From positions 57,931-121,930 of IMG/VR virus record IMGVR_UViG_3300041583_000345: a DNA stretch of 64,000 nt; one strand, written 5' to 3'. Below the pieces are notes generated by a model. That model ran no database searches. It was not told the DNA's origin and worked only from the letters and a program-made list of their open reading frames with translations. Positions 37,606-47,340 of this stretch are shown here, in pieces. Made by a program: the position numbers and the translations under genes. The stretch comes from a virus. Positions within the stretch are counted from its first letter, which is position 1, and the number at the start of each line of letters is the position of its first letter.

Positions 37606-38329
37606 ACTTCACCCTTATAAATGTACATCCTAATTTCTTTTCTATTTGCTTCTGTCTAGTAGTATCTTTACTACATAATTCACCGGTCTTATCAAAGTGG
37701 TGTTTTTCATCTACTTCTAAAGCTACATTACTTATAGGGTCGTATCCGTCTAAAAAGTATCCAAGGTGCTCTACAAAGAATTCTCCTCCATTTTCAGCAT
37801 GCATAAACTTATACCCGTTCTTTCTTCCGTACTCCTCTATTACCTTAATAGAGTCTATATTATACCTAGGAGCTAATTGACCTTTACATTTTGTTAAGTA
37901 CGCTAAAGTAGATACTCTCATCTTCCGTTTAGTTTCTTCAGTATGTGGTTTACCTAATTGATTTCTCTTAGGGTCTGGGCATTTTCTACAGTACTGCGAC
38001 CAATTATACTTTCTACCACACTCACATTTTAATTTACTAATATCTCTATCTAGCTCTGTGATAAACTTAAGTCTATGTGTTAGGTTGTAAGCTGTTTTGT
38101 ATGTCTTCTGGTTTGTAAATAACTCCTCTAATTCAGTAGTATGTTCAAGTACTGATTTATATAGTTTAGGGTGCTCTTTAATGAAAGTTCTATTTTTAGC
38201 TTTACCTATGTACCTCTTATATAGCTCTCCTTCAAGTAGTAGATCTCTTGTCTCTATATATGAATAGAGCTCAATAGCTTCTAACTCTTCTTTTAGTTTC
38301 TCCCAATACACCTTAGTATGATTTATCAC
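37592..38329 (-). CDS. Free-standing homing endonuclease between the split-intein halves (NUMOD3 plus Vsr-like domain)
   Basis: GKPHTEETKRKM, FLDGYD...ALEVDEKHH; TATTTATA box at 38348-38355. Confidence 0.8.
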   Translation of the reverse strand: MINHTKVYWEKLKEELEAIELYSYIETRDLLLEGELYKRYIGKAKNRTFIKEHPKLYKSVLEHTTELEELFTNQKTYKTAYNLTHRLKFITELDRDISKLKCECGRKYNWSQYCRKCPDPKRNQLGKPHTEETKRKMRVSTLAYLTKCKGQLAPRYNIDSIKVIEEYGRKNGYKFMHAENGGEFFVEHLGYFLDGYDPISNVALEVDEKHHFDKTGELCSKDTTRQKQIEKKLGCTFIRVKYDRN

Positions 38330-38346
38330 AAGAATGCCTTTCTTTA

Positions 38347-39195
38347 TTATAAATAGTCGCCTTCTTGCGATATAAGTGAATAAAGTTCTTCTAATGTTAC
38401 ATTCTGTTCTATATTAGTATGCTTGTCAAGTACCTGTACTCTACTCTCCCCCCATAGACAGTCACACTCCTGCCCTGCCATGCGTGGTCCTAAATCACGG
38501 TCCTGCATATCTCTCCAATCTTGAGTTCTTTCAGGGTGCACACTCCATGGCAGTCTCACAGGCATAAAGGAATTTTCTCCTGTTTCTGCTTTTTCCCATG
38601 TCTGGTGGAACCAATTCCCAATACCGTTAGGTGTTGATAGAGCCATACATTGTCCACCTGTTGCTAGTGTTTGTTGTGCTGCTGCAAAGGTTTCATCAAT
38701 ATTGTCTATAAAAGCGGCTTCATCTATTAATAGTAGAGATACCGCTTCTGATCTAGCTGCATCAGCATTCGATGATTTAGCCTGTATCTTAGAGCCGTTT
38801 TTTAGTCTTAGTGATAGTTTGTTCTTTTCAACAGATGGTAGCTTTAGCCACCTTGGTAGTTCGTCATACATAAAGATAACCTTTGTTACAAGGTTTCTAG
38901 CTGTGGCCTGTGTGGTTGCTAGTGCGAGTATGTTTTTATCCCTATGAAACAACATTAACCAGAGGCTGTATGCTGATGCTAGTGTGGATATGCCTAATTG
39001 TCTAGATTTAAGTGTTATAATAAACTGCTCATCTCTAAATAAATGTAAAACTTTCTCTTGAAATGGGTATAGATTAAAGAGTATCCTACCTCTCTGTGGG
39101 TGTTGTATATGGCAGTACTTTCTCATAAAGTACGCCGGATCCTTTGCACACTTGATGTACTCCTGTGCAATTATTTTTTTTATGTCTTGACTCAT
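38347..39195 (-). CDS. terL: Terminase large subunit N-terminal fragment (ATPase) ending in the IntN intein half
   Basis: KSRQLGIST, LLLIDEAAFI, STPNG; ...AGQECD then a 37-aa tail starting CLWGES. Confidence 0.92.
   Translation of the reverse strand: MSQDIKKIIAQEYIKCAKDPAYFMRKYCHIQHPQRGRILFNLYPFQEKVLHLFRDEQFIITLKSRQLGISTLASAYSLWLMLFHRDKNILALATTQATARNLVTKVIFMYDELPRWLKLPSVEKNKLSLRLKNGSKIQAKSSNADAARSEAVSLLLIDEAAFIDNIDETFAAAQQTLATGGQCMALSTPNGIGNWFHQTWEKAETGENSFMPVRLPWSVHPERTQDWRDMQDRDLGPRMAGQECDCLWGESRVQVLDKHTNIEQNVTLEELYSLISQEGDYL
38350..38460 (-). mobile_element. Split intein N-terminal half (IntN, 37 aa)
   Basis: CLWGESRVQV...NVTLEELY, matching intein block A (Cys1). Confidence 0.85.
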
Positions 39196-39211
39196 AACTC
39201 ATTATTTTATT

Positions 39212-40333
39212 CTACTTTATTAATGCAAGTCTAGGAGTATAATCAGAAACTGTTGTTACTATCTTTATAGAGTTACCAATCTCCTGCTCAAGGTCTTGAC
39301 TATTACTTATTATTTTATAGTCTAGGTCACTACTAATAAACATTATAGGATGTGCTATTTCTTCTATGTATGCTTTGGCAAGATCTTTTGCTATTCTTAA
39401 ATTAAATTGCGATAAGGAATTTAGGTCCGCAGTTTCTACCTTTACTACCCCTGGGCCGTATATATCATCTAAAAGTTCCTTAAGGTTTATGTAAAATTGG
39501 TTTTCCTTATTTTTATCAGATGTTTGTTTAAGAACGTTTAAATAGTGGAATAACCTTCCCGTCCATCCTGCATTTTTAAGCGGTATTAATACCTTAGCAT
39601 CTTCTTCCGGGAAGAATTTTAATATGTTTGAAACTATTTCACCTATACTATCTCCTCTTCCTGAAATCTTTTTTGGAGCTAGTATTGCACCTGTTAATGT
39701 TCCTTTCTTATTTAAAGAAGAAGCTTTTAATTCTAATGTACCACTAGCTGTTAATACGTCCCCCTTTGGTGCACTTTTAGTATCACTAAGAAGGCAAACT
39801 AAGGCTATCTCTCCTCTTCCAACTCCTTTTTGATTTGAACCCGGGGAGAAGCTAATTAATTTATTAATATGTTTTGAATCTATACCGGTTATATTTGCTA
39901 ACTCGCTTGAGAGGTTTCCTGATTTAGAAAGTTTATCGAATGTATTATTACTATTATTAAGCGAGGAAATTATATTGTTTTCTATGTTATTTTTATCTGC
40001 ATACCCAACAATTAAAAGAGTTTGTTCTTCCCCTAACCCTTTTTTAGTTAATGCATTAATTAGAGAAGTAGTATACCCTTTCCCGGTTTTCTTAATAACT
40101 GAATAAAGCTTAGCAATCTGTTCTGGGGAAAACTCTTGTTCTTTCGAATTTAAAAGTTTAATTATATCCTGGACTGATTGGTTGGTTTGTTGAGTTTCTT
40201 GTTTTACTGTATCTGTAAGTTTAACTCCAAACATATCTTCAAATAAAATTATATCCTCTTGATTATTAATATCAGGATATCCTTTATTAGTTCTATAAGA
40301 CCATTCTTGTATAATTTTATCTATAAGATTCAT
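39212..40333 (-). CDS. Putative internal protein with a PD-(D/E)xK nuclease-like domain
   Basis: MNLIDKIIQE leader; GVGRGEIAL...GDV...LELK. Confidence 0.5.
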   Translation of the reverse strand: MNLIDKIIQEWSYRTNKGYPDINNQEDIILFEDMFGVKLTDTVKQETQQTNQSVQDIIKLLNSKEQEFSPEQIAKLYSVIKKTGKGYTTSLINALTKKGLGEEQTLLIVGYADKNNIENNIISSLNNSNNTFDKLSKSGNLSSELANITGIDSKHINKLISFSPGSNQKGVGRGEIALVCLLSDTKSAPKGDVLTASGTLELKASSLNKKGTLTGAILAPKKISGRGDSIGEIVSNILKFFPEEDAKVLIPLKNAGWTGRLFHYLNVLKQTSDKNKENQFYINLKELLDDIYGPGVVKVETADLNSLSQFNLRIAKDLAKAYIEEIAHPIMFISSDLDYKIISNSQDLEQEIGNSIKIVTTVSDYTPRLALIK

Positions 40334-40342
40334 TTATTGTTA

Positions 40343-41002
40343 TTATGCTTCTGGTTCTTCTCCGTCTTCAAAATCAATAGGCTCATCGGATAAATCCTCT
40401 CCTCCTCCTTCATCACCACCTTCTGCTCCTCCGGTATCATCTGCTGCAAAGTCATCTTCTCCTCCTGTTGCTCCTCCTTCTCCTCCAGGAAATTCCCCAC
40501 CGCCCCCAGATGCGTCTGCTACATCTGATCCTGATACTGAGTCTTCCCCTGCGCCTTTCATTGGTGATTCTGAGTAGAGTATTGCAAGTTTGTCTAGAGC
40601 TTGTTGGTAGTCTGAAATATTGGAAAGGGTGTATCGTTTACCTAGAATTTTAGCAACAAAGGTTTTACCCATCCATTTTAACTCGTAGTCTTGACCGTTC
40701 TTGAGGTTAATTCTAAAAGCGGTCGGTCTTGGAGAGATCCAATCTATTGTATCTACAAATTCTAAAAAGTCTTCTGTTTGTAATTTTACAATAGCCTGTT
40801 TCAAGGTTGGAAACTTAGCTAAAATAGTATCTGTTGCATCTTCAAGTACAGTCTCTTTTGGTGCATCCATATCAGGTTCTTCTTCAGGTGTTGGCTTTTC
40901 TTCAGTTTCTTCTTCAGCTTCCTCTAGCTCATCTAATAAACCTTCTAATAAAACTTCTTGGTATGCTTCTAGTATAATATTCTTTAAATCGCTTTTTTTC
41001 AT
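40343..41002 (-). CDS. Acidic putative prohead core protein
   Basis: MKKSDLKNIILE leader; very Glu/Asp/Gly-rich termini. Confidence 0.6.
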   Translation of the reverse strand: MKKSDLKNIILEAYQEVLLEGLLDELEEAEEETEEKPTPEEEPDMDAPKETVLEDATDTILAKFPTLKQAIVKLQTEDFLEFVDTIDWISPRPTAFRINLKNGQDYELKWMGKTFVAKILGKRYTLSNISDYQQALDKLAILYSESPMKGAGEDSVSGSDVADASGGGGEFPGGEGGATGGEDDFAADDTGGAEGGDEGGGEDLSDEPIDFEDGEEPEA

Positions 41003-41003
41003 A

Positions 41004-43712
41004 TTACTTAGTTCTACAATGATCTTTACCTTTTAAAAATGGAGTTTTACATTTAGACCCCTTAACGTGTACCCGGCCACATTTTCCACAGCAGGTTCCT
41101 TTTTCTTCGTCAATATGGTGACCCTTATCTGTTGCCCAATCATCCATATCATCGTTGACATCCTCATCTTCCGTAATGGATAAAAGGTTAAGCTTTTTAG
41201 TTTCGTCTTCTGCTCTTTTCTTAGTTGCAAAATCTGTTATAATTTTATCTCCTTTCCATACTTGGTATGTATTATTAGATTTCGAAAACTTTACTTTGTG
41301 TTTTCCCTCTTCTATTGATTTTTTAATTACACCACCTTTATTATATATGTTTGTAGCTTTAGTATCGCCTGTTCCTTTATTGTAGGATACACTATATTGA
41401 GGTCTATCCATTATGTCTGTTCCGGCTTTTGTGATAACACCTGGGTGGCCTAAGTGTTTTACTTTGTCTCCTACTTTAAACTCTAACCCTGAAGCTTCTT
41501 CTAGGTCTTCGCTTACTATATTACCTTTGGTAGTTTCAGATACCTCTTTAGATAGTTTTTTATACTTAGATAGTAAATTAGCTATTTTGTCATCTTTCCC
41601 AACCATTGTATTAATTTGACTAGGTTCTAATTTTCTACTATAGTATTTTTCTATTTGATTTTTGAGGTCTTTAAGTTGAGAGGGTTCGTTTACTTCTATT
41701 TTACGTTCCTCAAGATATTCATTTTCGGCACCAACAGCATTATATGCTTCTATACCAAATCTTTTTATTACTTCTTGTTGAGATTTCCCAGAATCGATCA
41801 TTCGCTTTGCTCCCTCAATATCTTTTCTAAATTGTGTTTTTTTAGGTTTGGATGGGCGACTGGCTGCTTTGTCAGCATACTTTTGTTGTGCTGGTGTTAT
41901 TTCATTTACACCATCATAGTTTTGTTTTCTTAATACTTGCGTAACAGCGTAGACAGCATCCTGTAATGAATAATCGTATCTATCTGCTAATTTTCTTATA
42001 AATCCATTTACTAGTCTATCTAATTCGGGGTTTACATTTTCTTTTATATTAGAGGAGGAGGGGAGTATTGAATTAGTACCTCTAACTATTAGTCTTAGTT
42101 TACCATTTTTTATAACTACAGTTTTTGTAAATAAGGAATCTGACTTAACATGGTCCACCTTATAATCTGTGCCTTTAATAAATGAGTTTTTATCTTTACC
42201 ATTATATTTTACAGTATCTCCGGGTTTTACCGTATTATAAAATTTGATTTGTTCTTTTTGGTCTAGCCCTTCATTTTCTTTTACTAAATGGGACATCCAT
42301 GATGAATCTATTTTATACCCATCCAGCCAGTCTTTTAGTTCAGCAGGGGAATCTCTCTTAATGGTAGAAGTAGCATTTTGATCATATATACTAGCATCCT
42401 TCTTTGTTATATCCATTTCCCATTTATTCCCACTTTTTTGAATATCGTATTGCTTACCAGTATTACTGTCTTTATATAATGTTGAGTTACCTTCATTTAA
42501 CCCATCATAGTTTTGTTTTCTTAATACTTGCGTAACAGCGTAGACAGCATCCTGTAGTGAGTAGTCGTACCTATCTGCTAATTTTCTTATAAATCCATTT
42601 ACTAGTCTACCTAATTCGGGGTTTACATTTTCTTTTACTATTTCATCAATAACATCAATAACTTCATCTGTATCATACCCACTTGAATCTGCCCAATCTT
42701 GGAACCTATCGAAGTCTCTTTTTGGTAAAACATAATAAGTATCCCTACCGTCTTTTTTATAACCTAAGTTTCTAGAAAGACTTTCATCAGATAAGAATTT
42801 ATCATCTAAATATCCATCGTCTAATGTGAACGTAATGGTATTACTATCTTTATTAGTATTTTTATTTTTATTCTTTTCGGTTGCTATTAAAGCTTGTATT
42901 TTCTCTATGGTGGTTTTTTCAGGATGGTTTTTTAGTCTATCAGCTTGTTGTGCATCAGAAAATTCATTATCTGTCATTTCACTTGTTGGTGTAGGGTGAT
43001 ATTGTCTTAGGTTTGGCTTTACCTCTATACCGTGTTTAGTACCTCCTTTTAAAAAGGCTGCTCTACGGCTTAATTTATTGGCGGTTGATACTGCCCTATT
43101 TGATGTTTTAATCTTTTTTTCTTGCATTTTGGAAGAAAAATGTTTGGTAAGCTCATTTGCTATTACATCAACATGTATTACCGGTTCTCCTGATGGTTTA
43201 ATACCTATTTCACCAACTGCTTTATTATATGAAAAATCTACTAAGTGTAATTCTTCTCCCTCTATATAAAAAGAAAAGTTATCTGTCCGATTATCTTTAT
43301 ATTCTACGTGTAGATTAAAACTACCCTCTTCTATGTTTATAGCTTTCATATGAGATAATTCATCTCCGGCTGCTATAAGGGCTTTGGCTAAAGATTTACC
43401 TACCCCTCTTGCAATTTGTTTAGTTTCTTCTACCGAAAATCTAGCTTCTCCTTTTGCTTCTTTAGTTAACTTAACGTTGATCCCTTTTTTGGCTAGTTTT
43501 TCTGCTTCTATTTCACTATCAGTAGATATTGTACCAGCTTCTTGTTCAGCTAAAATTTTTAATTCACTATCTAATGCTTCTTTAATAGACTGTAGCTGGG
43601 ATATGGTTTCTTGTACATTTATTCCAGGTACATTTTGATATGTTCCGCTCTGTAGTGAAGTTAGTGCGGACTGAACGTTTGTTAACCTGTCGTTTAGTTC
43701 TTGATATGTCAT
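41004..43712 (-). CDS. 902-aa modular putative internal polyprotein
   Basis: MTYQEL start; short modules bounded by hydrophobic-x-E sites; duplicated 45-aa module. Confidence 0.6.
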   Translation of the reverse strand: MTYQELNDRLTNVQSALTSLQSGTYQNVPGINVQETISQLQSIKEALDSELKILAEQEAGTISTDSEIEAEKLAKKGINVKLTKEAKGEARFSVEETKQIARGVGKSLAKALIAAGDELSHMKAINIEEGSFNLHVEYKDNRTDNFSFYIEGEELHLVDFSYNKAVGEIGIKPSGEPVIHVDVIANELTKHFSSKMQEKKIKTSNRAVSTANKLSRRAAFLKGGTKHGIEVKPNLRQYHPTPTSEMTDNEFSDAQQADRLKNHPEKTTIEKIQALIATEKNKNKNTNKDSNTITFTLDDGYLDDKFLSDESLSRNLGYKKDGRDTYYVLPKRDFDRFQDWADSSGYDTDEVIDVIDEIVKENVNPELGRLVNGFIRKLADRYDYSLQDAVYAVTQVLRKQNYDGLNEGNSTLYKDSNTGKQYDIQKSGNKWEMDITKKDASIYDQNATSTIKRDSPAELKDWLDGYKIDSSWMSHLVKENEGLDQKEQIKFYNTVKPGDTVKYNGKDKNSFIKGTDYKVDHVKSDSLFTKTVVIKNGKLRLIVRGTNSILPSSSNIKENVNPELDRLVNGFIRKLADRYDYSLQDAVYAVTQVLRKQNYDGVNEITPAQQKYADKAASRPSKPKKTQFRKDIEGAKRMIDSGKSQQEVIKRFGIEAYNAVGAENEYLEERKIEVNEPSQLKDLKNQIEKYYSRKLEPSQINTMVGKDDKIANLLSKYKKLSKEVSETTKGNIVSEDLEEASGLEFKVGDKVKHLGHPGVITKAGTDIMDRPQYSVSYNKGTGDTKATNIYNKGGVIKKSIEEGKHKVKFSKSNNTYQVWKGDKIITDFATKKRAEDETKKLNLLSITEDEDVNDDMDDWATDKGHHIDEEKGTCCGKCGRVHVKGSKCKTPFLKGKDHCRTK
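41911..42046. repeat. 136-bp intragenic direct repeat, copy A
   Basis: 5 mismatches versus 42502-42637 by manual alignment. Confidence 0.9.
42502..42637. repeat. 136-bp intragenic direct repeat, copy B
   Basis: Encodes KENVNPEL(G/D)RLVNGFIRKLADRYDYSLQDAVYAVTQVLRKQNYDG. Confidence 0.9.
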
Positions 43713-43753
43713 AATACTTTTTCTTATTGTACGGTATATTTAATAAATATCTT

Positions 43754-44374
43754 CTATTCTTCTTTATTAAGAGTATAATAATATATCTCTTCGTCTTCTT
43801 TATTTATTAGCCATTTATCTGATACATTCTCACAACACCAGTCTTTATTATCTATTTTCCAATCAGGTTTTTTAGGAAATGGCCTAGTAATAAACGACAT
43901 ATCTCTCCATATTGTTCTATTATTAGGTTGAAGAGTAAAATTACCGTCATCTAATTTAATTAAATGTGCAGCTTTATATTGGGTAGGTTCGTTAGAATAG
44001 GGGTTACTATGCCAATCAAAAGTCATAAGGTAGTTTCCCCATTCTGATGTTTTATCTTTAAATATAGTCTTTACTCTTGATTGAAGTAAATAATCATAGG
44101 TATTAGTTGTAACTTCATGTCCAAAACAATCCCAAAGCTGTAAATGATCTAGAGGTTTTTTAGGAGCATCTTCTTTCCACCCAAGCATATGAATAGGGAC
44201 TCTTGAACGAACTGCCCCTTCATCGGTCATAACGTGAAACGTCATAGCTCTCCCTGCTACTGATTGTGCACCAAAAACGATTACATCTTGAAAGCCGGGT
44301 CTATCATCATGCTGGTAGAGGTGTTCGCTCCGCATTTTAGCATAAAAGTGAGGTATTGATATATTTAAACTCAT
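43754..44374 (-). CDS. Hypothetical protein
   Basis: 206 aa, aromatic-rich globular composition, no leader motif. Confidence 0.7.
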   Translation of the reverse strand: MSLNISIPHFYAKMRSEHLYQHDDRPGFQDVIVFGAQSVAGRAMTFHVMTDEGAVRSRVPIHMLGWKEDAPKKPLDHLQLWDCFGHEVTTNTYDYLLQSRVKTIFKDKTSEWGNYLMTFDWHSNPYSNEPTQYKAAHLIKLDDGNFTLQPNNRTIWRDMSFITRPFPKKPDWKIDNKDWCCENVSDKWLINKEDEEIYYYTLNKEE

Positions 44375-44429
44375 AAATTACTTTTTTACGCCCTTCATAT
44401 TAACACACTAGTATCGGACCCACCTTCAT

Positions 44430-45089
44430 TTAGGTATTTTTGTACCGTGCTTTTTGTAAGTATTTATTTTCTTTTAATTTAGGTGTATTGTCGTGCCAAC
44501 ATTTATGGCAAGTATATAAATCGTCTCCACCCTCTTTTATTTTCCAATGCCAATCGCAATTGTCGCAGTGTATTTCATCTCCAACTATGGTTTCGAACAT
44601 ATCTTCGGCTTTATAAGCTGATACGTCTACTTCAATATCATCTGTTCCACTTATTTTAGCTTTTGGAAAATTTTTCTGTATAATAATTTTATATAATTTT
44701 GCTCTAGTATTATCTTTAGCATCTTCTTCCCCTGTTTTTCCTTTGGTAGGAGAATATAGTATACTATCAACATCACCCTTATATTCTATAAAAGATTTTA
44801 CTATATCAACTATAGTAGACATTATTTTAAGTGGTTCGTTTCCCCCCGTTAATTGTTTTGAAGACATACCCCTAACACCATGTTGGGCTAAAAATTCAAG
44901 TTCCCAAACAGAACGAGTGCCTATGTAATTGTAGAGATTAACCTCATATTTAGTACCACTGTCTGTGATAAAAGTATATACGTCATTTTCTTCATCGCTT
45001 TTATCAAATTCAGCTTTCCAATCGTAGGGTTTTTGAGATAAATCTCCTATCTCGTTTAGTTTTTCGAATATGATATCAGTTAATTTCAT
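44430..45089 (-). CDS. Putative internal protein with a C-terminal zinc ribbon
   Basis: MKLTDIIFE leader; CDNC...CHKC. Confidence 0.65.
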   Translation of the reverse strand: MKLTDIIFEKLNEIGDLSQKPYDWKAEFDKSDEENDVYTFITDSGTKYEVNLYNYIGTRSVWELEFLAQHGVRGMSSKQLTGGNEPLKIMSTIVDIVKSFIEYKGDVDSILYSPTKGKTGEEDAKDNTRAKLYKIIIQKNFPKAKISGTDDIEVDVSAYKAEDMFETIVGDEIHCDNCDWHWKIKEGGDDLYTCHKCWHDNTPKLKENKYLQKARYKNT

Positions 45090-45091
45090 CT

Positions 45092-45817
45092 TTATCCTAA
45101 ATTAGTAGACTGTGTACCACCTTGAGGTTTAATTAAATCTTGGGCAAAAGCAGTTAATTTTTCTATTGAAGTAAATGCTGGGGTTCCTTTAGTTTCTCCT
45201 GTAGCTACATCTACTACTCTATATAATGCTCTACCGGATTTGTCTTTATATGTAGGTTCCACTTTTACTAATTTAAAAATATACTGATCATTATACTTAG
45301 AAGAAATTTGGTTTGGCCATTCTTGTGGGATGTCTTCCTCCTTTATAGCTTTTTTAGATAATTTAAAAGCCGCTAATCTTACTTTTAATCTTTTAATTTC
45401 AGCTTCATACCCCTTAGGATTTTCATCTTGTAATATTTTAATTTCTTTTTCTATATCCTTATAGGCTACAGCATTTTCGGCTACAGCTTTTTTAGCTGTT
45501 AAAGCTGCTTTAACTTGAGCTATATCTTTTTCTAGGTCCATAACTTCTTTATCCGTACCTCTAGATTTAGCTATTGCTAGCTCGTTGTTTAGGTTTATTA
45601 TGTACTGAGCTAGTTCATTTCTAGTGGTATTATCATATGCTGCTTCATTCTTCATAGCATTACCTGCTGCCACTGCATCTTTGTGTGCATTAGAATTACC
45701 GTGAGATGGTTTTTTACCTTTTTTACGTTTAGCATTAATATTAGCCCATAAGCCCGGTGTATTCTTTTCTGCTAATAAAGCATCTTTGATAATTTCTATA
45801 AGGTATGATTTTTTCAT
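45092..45817 (-). CDS. Modular putative internal protein
   Basis: MKKSYLIEIIKDALLAE leader; modules end in xxE. Confidence 0.6.
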   Translation of the reverse strand: MKKSYLIEIIKDALLAEKNTPGLWANINAKRKKGKKPSHGNSNAHKDAVAAGNAMKNEAAYDNTTRNELAQYIINLNNELAIAKSRGTDKEVMDLEKDIAQVKAALTAKKAVAENAVAYKDIEKEIKILQDENPKGYEAEIKRLKVRLAAFKLSKKAIKEEDIPQEWPNQISSKYNDQYIFKLVKVEPTYKDKSGRALYRVVDVATGETKGTPAFTSIEKLTAFAQDLIKPQGGTQSTNLG

Positions 45818-45818
45818 A

Positions 45819-46181
45819 TTATAATTTACTTGTTTCTGATGAGATTATTATTATACGAATTACAATTGCTACAATTGAGCCAAATATAATCCAAAGTGCC
45901 TTATTAACACCGTTTCTCCACCTTTTTACGTCCTCTAGCTCCATCATCTGTGAGCGAAATTCCTTATCCCCCAGTTCCATTTTATTTCGGAAATCTGTGT
46001 TTTTATTAGTGTTTACTACTACTCCGGTTTCCGGGTTAAGCATAGTGTGTTTTATTTCCGAGATATCCTCTTTAAGTTCTTCCATATCTTTTTGCATCTG
46101 CTTTAACTCTCCGTTAGGCATATGGGTTTTGATATGTTTAATTTCAGTTAAAAGGGCATCTAGTACTTCTTTTTGAGTCAT
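45819..46181 (-). CDS. Coiled-coil protein with a C-terminal transmembrane helix
   Basis: ALWIIFGSIVAIVIRIIII; TATTTATT at 46199-46206. Confidence 0.65.
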   Translation of the reverse strand: MTQKEVLDALLTEIKHIKTHMPNGELKQMQKDMEELKEDISEIKHTMLNPETGVVVNTNKNTDFRNKMELGDKEFRSQMMELEDVKRWRNGVNKALWIIFGSIVAIVIRIIIISSETSKL

Positions 46182-46211
46182 TAGTAGGCGGTTTTAGTAA
46201 TAAATAGTTAC

Positions 46212-46790
46212 TTAAAAATGTTCCCGTAAGTGACCTAAGTAAGTCTTGAGGTCTTCTAATAACTGCTTGCTTTTATTTGTATTTGAGTTCCAGTCTTCTA
46301 TTACTCCATCTTCTGTGACAAAAGATTCGTTTGTATTAGATACTAAATCTAACACCCAATGTTCAACATCTTTTGCAAATGCTTGAATATTACCGGACAT
46401 CATTTTCTGTTCATAAGCTTGATATAAACCTGCTTTTTGTAAATCTGCTTCAAAGTTGACTGTACATGGATCAAAACAAAAACCATGTAGTTTATACATT
46501 TTTTTAGCTAAGTGGTGTTTCATTGTGCCCTTACACTTTGGACATATTAATGGTATATGAACTGCCTTTTTTGCAGCGTCTAATTTGGTAATGTTCTGTC
46601 TAATCCCATTTTTAACCGTCCAGTTCTTACCTCCTTCTTCCCATATTTCACCTTCTTTGTACCTCTTTATAACTTTTTGATACCCAACTTGGGTTTTAGT
46701 GTTAGCTGTATAGTCCTTATTTACTATATTCCTAACTCGTTGAACATCTGATTGTTTAAAGTCTTTTTTTAATAACGATTCCTTACTCAT
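46212..46790 (-). CDS. Hypothetical zinc-binding protein
   Basis: CPKC...CFDPC. Confidence 0.65.
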   Translation of the reverse strand: MSKESLLKKDFKQSDVQRVRNIVNKDYTANTKTQVGYQKVIKRYKEGEIWEEGGKNWTVKNGIRQNITKLDAAKKAVHIPLICPKCKGTMKHHLAKKMYKLHGFCFDPCTVNFEADLQKAGLYQAYEQKMMSGNIQAFAKDVEHWVLDLVSNTNESFVTEDGVIEDWNSNTNKSKQLLEDLKTYLGHLREHF

Positions 46791-47328
46791 ATCCGAGTTC
46801 TTTTAATTGACCTATTACTTGTTTTACATTTCCCTGCACACATCTAATAGCTATCCCGCCGCTGGCAGTCCATTCTTCTATATTAGATTTCTTATCATCT
46901 ATTAGGATAGTATTACTTTTTGCGTATCTTTGTTTATCAGCAGAGTATGAAAATATTACTTTTGGGTGTGGGGTTAAATGATTTCTAACCCACATATTTT
47001 TACCCAATCTTGAGTTATTATCTCTTGAAGGGGATGTAAGAAGGTCTGGTTGATAAGGTTTGATAAAGTCCCAAAGTTGTTGGCCGTTGGGCATAAATTT
47101 CATATCTGACCAAAACTTAAGTCCCACTTTCACATCTATTAACTCCCAAAAAGCGGCTGTACTATTTTTACTCTCGTATTCTTTTGGTTTCATACCGGAG
47201 AAATGTTCAAATCTCTCTTCGAAATCTGTTAATACTCCGTCCATATCACAATAAATCTTGTAAGGTGGTTTTTCTTTTTGTTCCGGTAATGTGTACCCTT
47301 CTGCTAGTAGTTCTGATATTTTTTTCAT
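46783..47328 (-). CDS. HAD-family 5'(3')-deoxyribonucleotidase-like phosphatase
   Basis: IYCDMDGVLTDF, LLTSP, ILIDDKKSN; MKKISELLAE leader. Confidence 0.85.
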   Translation of the reverse strand: MKKISELLAEGYTLPEQKEKPPYKIYCDMDGVLTDFEERFEHFSGMKPKEYESKNSTAAFWELIDVKVGLKFWSDMKFMPNGQQLWDFIKPYQPDLLTSPSRDNNSRLGKNMWVRNHLTPHPKVIFSYSADKQRYAKSNTILIDDKKSNIEEWTASGGIAIRCVQGNVKQVIGQLKELGYE

Positions 47329-47340
47329 ATAACCTTTATT

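Noticed and set aside
37592-38346. Group I intron interrupting terL
   Set aside because: Both fragments carry clear split-intein termini and their own start/stop signals; I saw no intron core
14401-38355. Plus-strand TATAAATA read as T4 late promoters driving antisense RNA
   Set aside because: Every copy is positioned just upstream of a minus-strand start and no plus-strand genes follow; antisense firing cannot be fully excluded without RNA data
44375-44470. Possible frameshifted 3' extension of ORF 44430-45089
   Set aside because: Alternative frames are short and I could not tie them to a recognisable motif
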